Shown: piece by piece, positions 38,020 to 49,830 of the stretch
Layout: each line of letters begins with the position of its first letter
How positions within the stretch are numbered: position 1 is the first letter of the stretch
NCBI RefSeq assembly: GCF_000315625.1
Contig: NW_005434669.1
Coordinates: 963,582-1,027,581 of the forward strand
Length of the DNA: 64,000 bases
Reading direction: 5' to 3'
Source of the DNA: Guillardia theta CCMP2712
Taxonomy: Eukaryota > Protista > Cryptophyta
Notes under the pieces: model-generated
Told to the model about the DNA's origin: nothing
What the model saw: only the letters and a program-made list of their open reading frames with translations
Databases searched by the model: none
Made by a program: the position numbers and the translations under genes

Positions 38020-39996
38020 GTACTGATTTTAACTTAACTTTGAGTAAAGAAGTCCTCGTACTGATTTTTAACTTACGGAGGCTTGGAGCAGACCGGCACA
38101 CCAACACTGAACTTACTGATGCAACCCCGTGTCAGTCACCCCCGGGCCCACTGGTACGGACGGTACGGTCCGCGCCCGCTGGCCAGGTTCACATCACGGT
38201 TCAAGCGCCGTGACGGACAGCGGCACGGTGATGCCATGTGACTAAGTGACCCTGGAAAGGATACTCAGCGCAGTGACTCCGATGAATGCTAGGTCAAGTT
38301 CTGACCAACGTTCGATCGCCCTCAGGGCGGCCTGCCAGCCTTTTTTTCACTGACTGTACGACGCAACACTCTTTCTCAAAAAAACACACATAGTTTTATT
38401 TCGTCCGCGCTCAATTAATATACACAGCCAACTCTACGAAGAACCACTAACCCAGCAACTTGCGACGAAACTGTTTTCAAGACCGACGAAACACATCTCT
38501 CTACATCTTCGCAACAACACCGTCTATCCAGACAACACGCCATTCGTAGAATTCTCCTCCTCTTGAATGTCCATTCTTGGGCAAATGCTCCTGAGGCCAG
38601 AGTCGCATTTGTAATCCGTATATACATAGCTTATGTAGGTGCTTGCATTCTGATCCAATTGGAGAGTTGGGATCATTAAGAAGGAATTCTGCACAGAAGT
38701 TTGCGCAAGATCCATATATTTCCTTACAAGATCGAACATGATGATTCCTGCCATTGAATGTCAGGCGAAAAAACATCGATGGCAAAACTCCAGTATATAA
38801 GTAAGTCGTTACATGGTTCACTGACTGAGAGGATTTTCAACCATGAGGATCACTACGACTGATCTTCAGAGTCACACTTGTAGCATTCTAGACAATTCGA
38901 ACAAAATGTTCAAGTCTACCAACCATACATCACATCTACCTGCAACACGAGTTTCAAGTCTCCCATGGTGTGTTCTCTAGAATCCGATCATCAACAACTT
39001 TTCGCACGTCGCTTCATTCTCATCCTCGACCTTTCACTCTCCTCCCTCCTGGTTACTTCTCGTCTTGGTTTTTATACTCATGGAGCCCTCCTACCCCCCT
39101 ACTTACATTTACTCCTGTGTATCCATATCTATCATATGTACCGAGGTCTTAGCAAGGTCACTTTCAGTCTTAGGAGACTTGCACTAAGTCACCCCCCCAC
39201 CCCATCGAAATCGATCCCTGCCGTCAAGTTGCTGACCATACCCACCCCCCGAATTGATTCAGTAAAGATATCATTCCAACAAGATGTTGGACCCTACCCC
39301 CACCTCCTAGTCAAAGTTGACTTACTCTAAAGTACCCCTCCTCCGGATAGGTAGTTGCTCCTACACACAGTACCGGGTCATTTTAAAGCGCCTCGATCCT
39401 GGTCGCGAACTGTACGGGCCGGGTGAGGGGTGAGGTACCCAGGCGAATAGTAACCAATAGGGATGGGCGAGAGTAGGGGTGGTGCTCCATGAAAATGTGA
39501 CTCGCCCGGCGTAAGCTGGAGGGGGTGGGGTGGTGTGACAATGGCAAGAATCGCTTGACTCGGGTGGGGTGTTTCACTTCTGCTCACCACCCCGCAGAAC
39601 CCGCTGGGCTGGGGGGGTTCCCTCGTATTCGAGGGCTCACTGAAACCACCGGGAAGGCCGATGCAGCGGGTTGAGTGAAATCATAAGTCAACCGAGACCG
39701 AAGCCTCCGACTTTTTAGAGCAGAACAGCCGTTGGATTGTCCTCGTACTGATCTTTAACTTAACTTTGAGTAAAGTTGGACTGATGTCCGATTTGATACC
39801 CCCAGGCTTCCGAAGCGGCGCGTCGACAAAACATTGACCTCGTGACTCAACGGTCATTTCGAGCCTCCGGGCCGGCCGGGCAGAGTTGTCAGCCTAGTCA
39901 AGTGCGGGCTACCGCGGCCGGGCGGCCGGGCGGGGAGACCGTACGGTACGGTACTTCTTTACTCAAAGTGAAGTGAAAAATCAGTACGAGCACAAT
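38011..39996. mobile_element. Candidate TIR-bounded element (42-bp motif at 38011+, 39736+, 39953-)
   Basis: attgtcctcgtactgattttaacttaactttgagtaaagaagt recurs directly at 39736 and as a reverse complement at 39953-39996. Confidence 0.5.
38501..38821 (-). pseudogene. Degenerate SWIM-zinc-finger-like ORF
   Basis: NGRNHHV..YGSCANF..ECKHLHKLCIYGL resembles CxC..CxH with the first Cys lost; AT-rich, no clear gene structure. Confidence 0.35.
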
Positions 39997-40003
39997 TAAT
40001 TTT

Positions 40004-42086
40004 TATGGCGCAATCCCTATATATCTGTTGCTGTCCTTTTAGGGTTATAGGGTTGCGCGCAGTAATAAAATGTATAAAAGTAGTTATTAAGCACGCAACT
40101 TGATATAGTTATATAATGTACGGGGTACTTTTCCATGCAAAATCAAGGACCGGTAGTATACAAGTTATCTAACATGACGTTCCTAGGATACGTGCGTCAA
40201 AGATTGCGCTAAAATAATTTGTACCAGGAAAAAGTTAAGTAAAGTATTGTTGGTGTATGCGAACAGTTGAACGTAAAACCACCCCACTGACCGAAAATGG
40301 ATTGCGTCTGGGGACAGAGACAGCGGACAATGCAAGTAGTGTAGCCTCTTTCACGAGGGATGTGTCTACTAACAGAACAGACCGAGATATACATGCGTAT
40401 GATGCGATGAGGAACAAACGAATCGCTGAGAGCACTCAGAAGGTATATCGTTACAAAATTCTAAAACTCGTCGATATCCTCCGAAAGAAAGCGAAGCGCG
40501 CTCAAAGAGCTCAAAGAGCAGGCGAGTCCAACGAGTATGAAATATACTTAAACGCTTCGAATGAGTCTGGACAATTGAATTTACCACTTTCATGGATGGC
40601 AGTTAAGGGATTGTTCGGCTATTTGACAAGAAGTACCGGTATGACAAAGAGAAGGAAGAGGAGGCGAGGGCAACATGGCGACATAGACGCCGATGACGAC
40701 AGTAGCGACGAGAGTGACTCCGATGACGGTGAGCACATGGTAGAGGAAGCATCGAGCTCCACTGCCAACAATGGCAAACATCAGACGTTGTCTGTTGGCG
40801 CATTACAAGGATAAAAGAGCGCATTGAAGGACTTTTATTTCGAGCACAATCAGGAATTCACAGCGATAGGGGTAAAAGGAAATGACTGGGATGACTTTAG
40901 ACCAGAACTTGGATAAAATCATCCAAGCATATGCGAAACATGTCACTGAGAAAAAAGTCAATGGAGAGATGCGTATAAAAGAAGGCAAGAATTTGTTGAC
41001 GGTGCAAGGATACTTGGAAGTATGCAAAAAGGGAAGAAATCAACATGCTGCGAGAAGAGTTGAAGGTTGGAATAACGAAGATACCTGAAGCTGTGACAGA
41101 AACAATCCTAAAGAAAATCGAAATCAATGGTGTTGTACCTGTACAGAGAGATGATATAAAGGAATTGGAGCAACGACTGAACGAGTCTATTCAAGAATTG
41201 TCTCGACGCATTGAACAAATGTTCCAGTACAGGCGAAGTACGGGTGGATGTGACAGATCGGCAGGCATGACCTCGGAGTCGTCAGGTGGCGGCGGCAGTG
41301 GGCATGACATGACCTGGGGTGTTGGCACGGACTCATCAGTACAAGGGGATTTGTTCAAGTGGGACACAGGTGAAATCTGTATGGTTCCTCAAAATTACGA
41401 TTTTGTGCAGAAGGTGGACTGTAAGAACCTGTGTCAACGTTGGCACTGTGGGGAACAATTTGTTGAGAATGGAATAGCAAAAAAGATATGCCCTTTGAAG
41501 AAGTTGAAACCGGAATTTATCCGCAAGAAAAGGATGCGGCAAAACTTTTGCAAGGCACGGAAAGTTATGGAGAAGCTTGAGCACATGGCAAGAGATAAAG
41601 GCGGACTAGAGGGACAGGAGAAAGTCACTGTAGAGAATTACCAAAATTGTTTTGACACAGCATACAAAAAGCTTATAGAAAAAATTTATGGGGATGATTC
41701 ATGGAAGAAGGAAAACGAGAAGAAGAAGTATGAAAGCTTGTCGTACATTACAGTTTACAAGTATATACGGCGGCCACCTGCAGAGGCAAACGACATTGAC
41801 AGCAGGTGAGATGAATGAGATAAATGTTATACTGGTCAAACTGATGAAATGCTCATGATCAGTGATCGTATCCACGATGAACGAAGTGGAGAAGCTTTGC
41901 GAAGGACACATGAGGAAAGAATGAATGAAGAACAGGTGAACCCACTGGAAGGGGTCATCGCAACTTCGAATCCTTCGCAATCAAGTACGTTAGCCTAGAA
42001 ACGCCTAGTAACATCAATACAACTGGACATGAAAATGTGCATCAAGAAGCAACATTTAATGTTGCTTCTTGACGTCTCCCACATGG
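40004..42086 (+). mobile_element. Internally deleted Crypton-like (tyrosine recombinase) element
   Basis: Three broken, AT-rich, intronless ORFs (40257-40814, 40882-41088, 41045-41809). Crypton-like N-terminal motifs (STQKVY; LSVGALQG*KSALKDFY; IIQAYAKHVTEKKVNGEMRIKEGKNLLTVQGY) and C-terminal motifs (FKW..VPQNYDF..W..G..ICPLKKL..KARKVM..LSYITVY). Hairpins at both putative ends. Confidence 0.7.
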
Positions 42087-42099
42087 TGCGGTGTAAAGA

Positions 42100-44740
42100 T
42101 CAGTTATGTTTGAAACAGAATGTAACTGACTCAATCGACGAAATATTCTTTTGGGAAGAACAGCAGAGCTTTGACCCAGGATAACTACAGGGAAGAGTTC
42201 TTACCTGCCAGTGTGCGAGTAGCAAATTCAGTGTGCGAGTAGCAAATTCAGGCAAATTCAGGCTGCTTTGTACTTGGCACTTCGATGTTTCTACTCGATC
42301 TCTTTGTTGGAACTGCTTCGCTGGGTAGATGAAAGATACAGGCTACTCTCTGACTCAAGGGATGCTTGTCTCCTGGCAAAGGACTTAGCCATTTTCCACG
42401 AAGCTTTTGTTTTAAAATAGTTTTAGAGTGGGCCCGAACGACACTGGTCTAGATATCTTTCAAAATCATTAAAACTTGTGATCTAAATCTACAAGCAGTC
42501 GCTCTGTTAACTTGTCTGCGGTTCATGTCAAGTCTCCTATCCCTGGTCGCGTTCGACGCGGGGAGAGATCTTCTCTCCTAGATGGCAACTGCCTGCATGG
42601 CTCGACTCAGCTGAAGGACAAGGATCATCGGAGAAGCAAAAACGAGGGGAAAGGAGGTGGGAGTAAAGAGTCTTTGCAAGGATCGTCAGAACGTCAGAAG
42701 TCACTCACTTGTGATGATTCGTTCCGTTCATGGGGTTAACTGCTTCTTTCCTGACACAGGAGCCTTCATCTGCAAGCAGAGGACCTTTCAGAAGTTGAGA
42801 GGGAAGAAGAAGAGGAGAGCAAGGCAGCGGCAGGGGAGGAGGAAGAGAAAGAGTAGGGGAGGAGGCAGCAAGAGGAGGGGAAAGAAGCAAGCCTGGAAAA
42901 CCTGGCATAGCTTCTGGTTCGGCAGGATGGCGATTTCTCGAGCATTGCTCGGACTCTGAACAAGGCAAACGTCAAAAAACTTGAGCAAGAAAACTTGCGC
43001 TGCAAGAAAAGCTCACGTGTCCGCCTCCTCTCTTCTCTCTCAAGCTTTGGACGGATGGAATGCTCTGCTGAATGGGCTATCCGCTTCAAAGTAGAGTCAG
43101 GATGGGGAGAGCCGTGTAGAGAGAAGGAAGAACAGGAGGGGCGAGTACCAACCTTGGAATCTTTCGGCTTTTGGCCATATGGCTTCTTCCTGCTCTCCGG
43201 CAGCAGAGAATCGCCGTAACGCACGTTCCCTCGCAGCATAACGATCGTCCCTCGACTGAAGGTGCTGCCTGGGTTTGGATTCTCCGGCTGTTTCACAACC
43301 TGAAACATGTCTTGAGTCAGGGGGAAAGCGGGAGGAGAAGCGAAGAGGAGAGGGAGAAAATTGGACAGGGTTTGATGTCAGTGGAGTGAACGGAGACGGT
43401 AGATTCGGATAGGGCAGGGCAGGGCAGTGAAGGATCCAAGCCATTACCGAGGGAAATGCTGTGCTCGCATTTAAAGATCTTCGTTGGAATATCCTGCAGC
43501 AATATGCTCAGTGGGGATGGAGGGGGGATTAGGAGACAGCACCTGTCTCCCGTCCCTGTCGCCTGTGGGGCTTCGGGGGTCTCCTGCCAACAGAGTCAAG
43601 GAAGAGACTGGTAGGCAGATGGTACATACCTCCTCATTTATGGCTTCCTCCGGGACCCGGAGGGTCTTGCAAGTTACCTCCAGTTTCTCCGCGAACCTGA
43701 CTCTCTTCTGCAAGTTCAGGATCTTGTTGTGCTTTCTGCTCTGTGCGGAACATTCCTCGTTCTGATAGTCGTGTTGCAAAACAAACAATACGGCGTAAGA
43801 CAAGGCTTGCAGGACAGTTCCGTGTACCTTGGGGTGCGATGCAATAGTGGCATTCGCAGGGTGTGAACTGGAAAAACATACAAAGTCAGCCTGGAAGGAG
43901 CGTGTTGGAATAGTTTTCATCTTACCTCTTGTTATCATTTTGTGCGATGGAGATGTTGTTGTTACAATAGATAGCTTTCAATGTCTGCAGGCGACTTCTG
44001 TTCTCCTGTCATGACTTTCAGCAACCGAGTTCCTACAATTTCGCCGTCATCACCTTCCTGTGCACATCAGAGAAATCAACGCCCAACAGCTGATTTTCCT
44101 TTGTTGCTGCAGAAAAACCACCCCCCTGCTGCAGGATCCTATTGTCGTGATCGTGATGTTTGGTCCCAGCCATAGCCTGTTGCTGAAAATGCTTGTGTGC
44201 TGCCGTGTTGGAAAAGTTGGCCGAGGAGAGGTTTCTCCCGATGAAAGCTTCCTTCTTCTCAAAGTGCCGCTTGACTTCCATTGCTACCATGTTGGTCTGA
44301 TGATGAGCGCTTGCACTGTCAAGCGCTGGTGACTCCGAGGGCTTCAGAGGCGGCAACCTGGCGTCTGCCGACTTGAAGACTGATGGCAAGACACTGGAGA
44401 TCTTGTTCGATCTGGTGTCGTATGTTGTGTCCATGGAAGATGAGACAAGAGGTACCATCGGCCTGTTCAGTGTGATCCTTCCGTTGTCATGCAGCTTCCT
44501 GTTCTCCGCCATTTTCCAAATTGGGGCGTCGAACCCCTTGAGTTCTCGAGTAGTCGCTTTCTTGAATGCATTGGTAGCACCAATGTCGTTAAGTTTCTTG
44601 TTAGTTATATTGCCGAGAGGAATCCTTCCTGTCAGCATCCTTGCATTCTCCGGCCAATTCCGGCTCACCGGATCGATCATCGTGCGAGGTTTGCACTCGG
44701 CTCAGCAGGAAGCTAAAGCGTCGAAGAGACCTCAGGCATG
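42100..44740 (-). CDS. Hypothetical multi-exon protein
   Basis: 215-aa exon (44033-44680) plus further exons (HNKILNLQKRVRFAEKLEVTC; VVKQPENPNPGSTFSRGTIVMLRG) with GT/AG boundaries; ends approximate. Confidence 0.55.
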
Positions 44741-45006
44741 GAAACCATCATCCGATCTTGAACTGATCTGTCAGCATGTTTTTGTCTCACATCATCAAGT
44801 TCAGAACCAGGTCCTCCTCATCCTCTTCTCCCCTCTTTCTCGCCCTCTCCCTCCCTTCCTTCATCGCCGCAACGGCATTTCTTTTCGTACTTTCCGGTAA
44901 CGTGATCGAAACCCACCCCTTCTCATTTCAAAAAAAGTCGGGCAGGGTAGGGTAGTCAGTCAAAATCTGGATATCCAGCTTCCGCGGTTCCACCAACGAG
45001 GGCGGC

Positions 45007-48000
45007 ATGTCGGGGAGGCATGGAGGGGTGTGGATGGTTGCATGGCTGCTGCTGCTGCTTGTGGCGGCGGAGGAGGCGGAGGAGGGAGGGGAGAGGCAGG
45101 GACGCGTGGACAAGCTCCTGTGGAGAAGTGCGAGGTGCGTGCTGCTGCTGGAGATTCCTGCTCCATGTCTGCTCTTGGTTCGACATGAACGTGGATAACA
45201 GGCCGGAGAAGATGTGGAGAATTCATAGCCAGGTGGGTTGCTGGGATCTCACGGTGCTGTCTTGCAGGAAGTCCAGCTGATTGAGGATGGCAGATTTATC
45301 ATGAGATGGAGGCGCTGGCTGAGAATCCCACAGATGTACAGCTGTACTCTAGGATTGAGGTCGTGTGCAAGAACAACGAAGAACCCAACAGCAGGTTTCG
45401 TTTGCTCGCCACCATGGTGCGCCTCGAGCCGTCCTTGAAGGACACCATCAACCTCAACCGCGGATATGCCCTTGGTGGAGTTGTCGATGTTGCGACAATC
45501 GGCATCTTGACATGTGCAAACTGTAGGAGACAGACTGTTCTTGCATGCGAAGGCATGCCGCTTTGAGGAGAGGGAGCGAGATTTTCGCCTGTAGAGAATC
45601 GATTGCAACGAGACAGACTTGGGACCTGATGAGCTTGCAGATGGCTGAACATGTGGAACAGCGGCGTGTGGGATCCGATGCTGGAGCAGGGTTATGCGTT
45701 GCCCGTTCTACCGTTCTACGCACTGGTCTTCCCCTTCAACATGTCACAGGTGATGTTGGCCGAGCAAGGTGCGCTATAGTATTGACATGCCTGAAGGTCT
45801 TCAAGTCTTGTGTTGGATGGGCAGAGAAGTTCGGCACCTACACTTCTCGTGAGGTCGACGAGTTACAGGGAGGAAAGGAATTTTTTGCTGACTCAGCACC
45901 AGGGGCTGCCGAAGCCCTTTGTTAACGTTTTCTGGAAGGAATTCAGGGAGACTGGAGGTGTTTGCTCCTCCCACAACCCGCCATGCATAACTGCTGTCCC
46001 AGTCATCAAGATCGGATACATTTCATCTGACATCTACCGCATTCACCCTGTACGAATCTGAGATCCCCAGCTCCCACACCTCATTCCCTACATCCCATGA
46101 CTCTGCTCCCTGTCAAGGTTGGGAAGAGTATCAATGCTGTGCTGCGAATGCACGACCGAAGACAGTTCGAGGTCTGATGAGTCTCGCTCGGATGTTAACT
46201 GAGTTTTCATGTCGTGTCGATCAGGTCTACGCTTTCCTTCTCATCCCAGTCCAGATCGAACATGCGGAGATGGTACCGCTTCTATCGTCATCTGAGTTGT
46301 GACGGTTTGACCTGGCAGCTGGAAAGTGGAACAGGAGGAGTTCTGCTGAGCGACATCAGCATCTTGTCCTCTGCAGAAGGTCTTTCTCCCCTCCTGACAT
46401 TGTTGTCGATTTTGTTGGATCCTTCTCCTCTCGCTCCTCGTCCTCCTCCACCACCTCCTCCACCGCCACCTACTTCGTCTCCTCCTCCTCCATCATCTCT
46501 TCCTCTTCCATCTCTTCATCATCTGTCTATCTGTCTATCCATCGCTCCTCGCAGACTCAACCCGTCATACAGGAGCAAGCACTATTAACGATGAAGGGAT
46601 TCACATCCTCATCGACCTTAACGGGCATACTTCCGGTAATCTAACTCTAGAGGATCTTCCGCTATGCGTTATCGCTCACCATTTCATCTCGCTACTTCTC
46701 CTCTCCTTACTCCCTCTCTCTCTCTCTCTCTGTATGTCCATCCAACCCAACATTCATCCGAACAATAACTTCCTCCTCTCACTCCCCATTGTCTTCCTCC
46801 TCCTCCCTCGCATCTCCTTCTCCTTGTCCTCGACCTCGTACCTTCTCACTTCTTCTTGCAGGTGTTAGAATGGAAGTCTTCGCGTATGCCCCGACGCCTA
46901 TTGTAATGCACTACATGGGGTTTGGAGCAACGACAGGTAACAATTTTACTGCCATCTCCTCCCCCTCTCTTCTTTGCACCTCACTCCATTATTTCTTGTT
47001 GCTCTCCCCTCCCCTCTCCCCTCCAGTCCCCCCTCCCCTCCCGTCTCCTCCCGTCCCCTCCCGTCCCCTCCCTCCCCTCCCCGCTCCTCTCCTCTCCACT
47101 CCCGTCCCCTCCCGCCCCGTCCTGTCTCCTCTCCTCTCCTCTCCTCTCCCCTCCCGTCCCCCCTCCCCTCTCTCTCATTCCCCATCCTTCCTCTTCTTTT
47201 TTCCTGCAACTTGCATCTCCTCCGTAGTCGCATGATTCCACATTCATTTCTCAAACATCTACCCTCCATGCCCATTGACATGCTCATCTCTGCCTCCCAG
47301 GTGCAAGATACATCCACTACTTCCTTGCAGACACTGCAGTCTCAACACCCGAGCTGTCAGTGAGTCTTCAACTCAACGCTTGTCAAAGTCGTCATGAGCC
47401 TCCTTGCAAGGTCTACTACACCGAGAAAATGGCCTACCTACCAGCGACCTTCTATGCCAACAGCTACCGCTATGATCCAGGTGGAGCAGGAGACGCAGCC
47501 CAAGGGTGGGACTGACTGGGCTCTTACAGACAGACTGCCGTACGTGAGGAGGAACGAAACGTTCAGGGAGGAGAGGGAGAGGGCCGACCTGCCTCCTGAC
47601 GGCGTGAGAGCGGCTGCTGCTCGTCCTCCTCCTCCTTCGTGACGATCCCTTGTCAGGTCGTGCTCTGCAACTTCAACCACCTCCACAAGACTAGTCGCGC
47701 CATGTGGTCACTCTGGGCTCAGATCCTCCTCAGGTCCCCTGACTTTGTCTTGTGCAAGTCCAGCTGCCTTGTGCTGTCCTGACCGTCTCCTCCTCTATCC
47801 TGCCAACTCCCCTCCCCCCCCCNNNNNNNNNNNNNNNNNNNNNNNNNNNNNNNNNNNNNNNNNNNNNNNNNNNNNNNNNNNNNNNNNNNNNNNNNNNNNN
47901 NNNNNNNNNNNNNNNNNNNNNNGGCGGTAAGAAGGAGAAGAGGGAAAGGGGGAAAGGAGAGGAAGTGGAAAAGGAGAGGAGGGAGAGAAGGGAGTTAGCG

Positions 48001-49104
48001 ATGGCTGATGATGAGCGAAGGTGTCGAAGAGAACAGAGTAAGGTATGCTCCCCACGAGAAGATTTGGCAGCACCTGGTAATACGATGAGTCAATGGGCAG
48101 TATAGCAGCAGGTCGAGCAGGTGCATGGGGAGGAGGAGAACGGGGATAGCAGGAGGGAGGGAGGAGGGAGGGAGGAGGGAGCTTCGGTCTCATGTGAGGA
48201 CAGCATCGCCATGCGCTGGCGGATGTCTTTCTGGACAACAACGAGTACAACGGGGGGACGACGGGGCTAGATTCCTACTGGGCTGATGTCCCTATCATCA
48301 GCGCTCCACAGGAGAAATTCTCTGCAAGGTGCATAGTTTCACCTCCACTGCTCCTGCTCCTTCTCCTCCTTCTCCCGCTTACCCCGTCTTACACCACCAC
48401 CTTCTCATCTTCCTCCCATTTCTCGTTCCTCTGTTCGATCTCCTTCTCCCTCTCCTCCATTCTCAACGAACTTTCTAGTATCGCTCATGGTTCTTTCTTC
48501 AACCTGCTGCTGCTCTTAGCTTCTATAGGATCACACTCCCTCCAACTCCCCTCCTCCTCCTCCTACCCTCCTCCTACCTCCCTCCAACTACCGTCCTCCT
48601 ACCTCCCTCCTCCTACCCCAGCCTACCCCTACCCCAGTTTCCGTTGATTGAGCACTGGAGGGGGTGCAGGTATGGGGCCAGCTTCAACCGAGGTGCGAGG
48701 ATGGAAATCTTGACAGCGCGAAATGGGGAGGATTATGTGAAGATAGCAAGTAAGCTTGTCGAGAAACCAGGTGTCGCTGTTTCCTCCTGCCCGACCTAGT
48801 TGTGCTGTGCAGTGACATTCCATCAGAGCTCATCCGGGGGATAAGAGATCGTCTGGTGAAGGACAAGAACTCAACAGATGGCGGCGAGTCAGAAAGTCAT
48901 ATCATGGTCAACGACTGATGCGTGTCAACAGGGATGTTTGATATGGACAGCTTCATGCTGCGATATGAGCAGGTTCTCAAGATGCAGTGGGACTTGTTCT
49001 GGTCGAATGTCGGAGAAGATGGTCAAGAACAAGGGCCGAGGAACATGCATGTTGTGTTCAGAGGTGCGGGAGAAGCTCGGAGCTCATTGCGAACGGTTGG
49101 ATGA
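45007..49104 (+). CDS. O-GlcNAc transferase-like GT41 protein with an N-terminal signal peptide
   Basis: KIGYISSDIYRIHP, INDEGIHILIDLNGHTSG, EVFAYAPTPIVMHYMGFGATTG, YYTEKMAYLP, VVLCNFNHLHK, RHALADVFLDNNEYNGGTTGLDSYWADVP, MFDMDSFMLRYE. Leader VWMVAWLLLLLVAAE. Spans an assembly gap. Confidence 0.88.
47823..47922. other. Assembly gap (100 N)
   Basis: Run of N within a low-complexity intron. Confidence 1.
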
Positions 49105-49384
49105 TGCAGATGTTTCGTGATCTGCTTCGATGGCGATTCGTAATCCTCCTGGTGAAAGTCGCAGTCAAGTCAAACCTGCCCGCTGTAGGACATGGACAGG
49201 CAGGCACAGTCGAGGGCGTGTCCTGTAAGGCAATGTTAACTTCAATCTTTGCTCCAACACCATTCACACACACACGACGATCGGCGCGAACAAGCCGATG
49301 TTGTAAAGTATTTATTGAACTTTGAGAAGAAATCACTACAAAAACAATGGTTGATTTCAATCGTGTGTCCTTGCTAGAACGACA

Positions 49385-49830
49385 TCATTTGAGGCATTGT
49401 AAGATGACTGCGATGATGTTCCGTTCTCCAGCTTTCTTCATAAAGATGTCGTTGTGGGATTTTGCGAAAGATCCCTTGCACATTGGTCTGCAGTAGCCAT
49501 GCGGGAAAGAATTCGAGAACGGGTCTTTCATGGACTTGTGGAAGTTGTTCACATTTTGGAACTCTTTGACAATCTTCTCCTTTTTCTTGTGTGCAATCAG
49601 CAACTTGTCCAGCGGAGTTCGTTGAAGGGTGTAAGGGGAGGTTGAAGCGACGGTAGCTATCAGGGCATACCGCCGCACGTCCTCGTCATGGTAGATCGAT
49701 AGGTCGCCAGAAACATTTCCGTCGCACCAGAACAATGCCGGAGAAAGTCCAGGTACAGTGTCCCCTCCTTTGTTCATCGTGCAATTGACGTGCGAGTCAA
49801 CTCCCGCGTTAGACTTCACGGACCAGCGAT
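49385..49830 (-). CDS. Hypothetical protein exon
   Basis: Complex-composition part of the 49385-50074 ORF (LSPALFWCDGNVSGDLSIYHDEDVRRYALIATV...); no family recognised. Confidence 0.4.

Noticed and set aside
42196-42215. CTTACCTG as a U1 snRNA 5' end
   Set aside because: It is the reverse complement of a CAG|GTAAG splice donor of the minus-strand gene, and no U1 structure follows.
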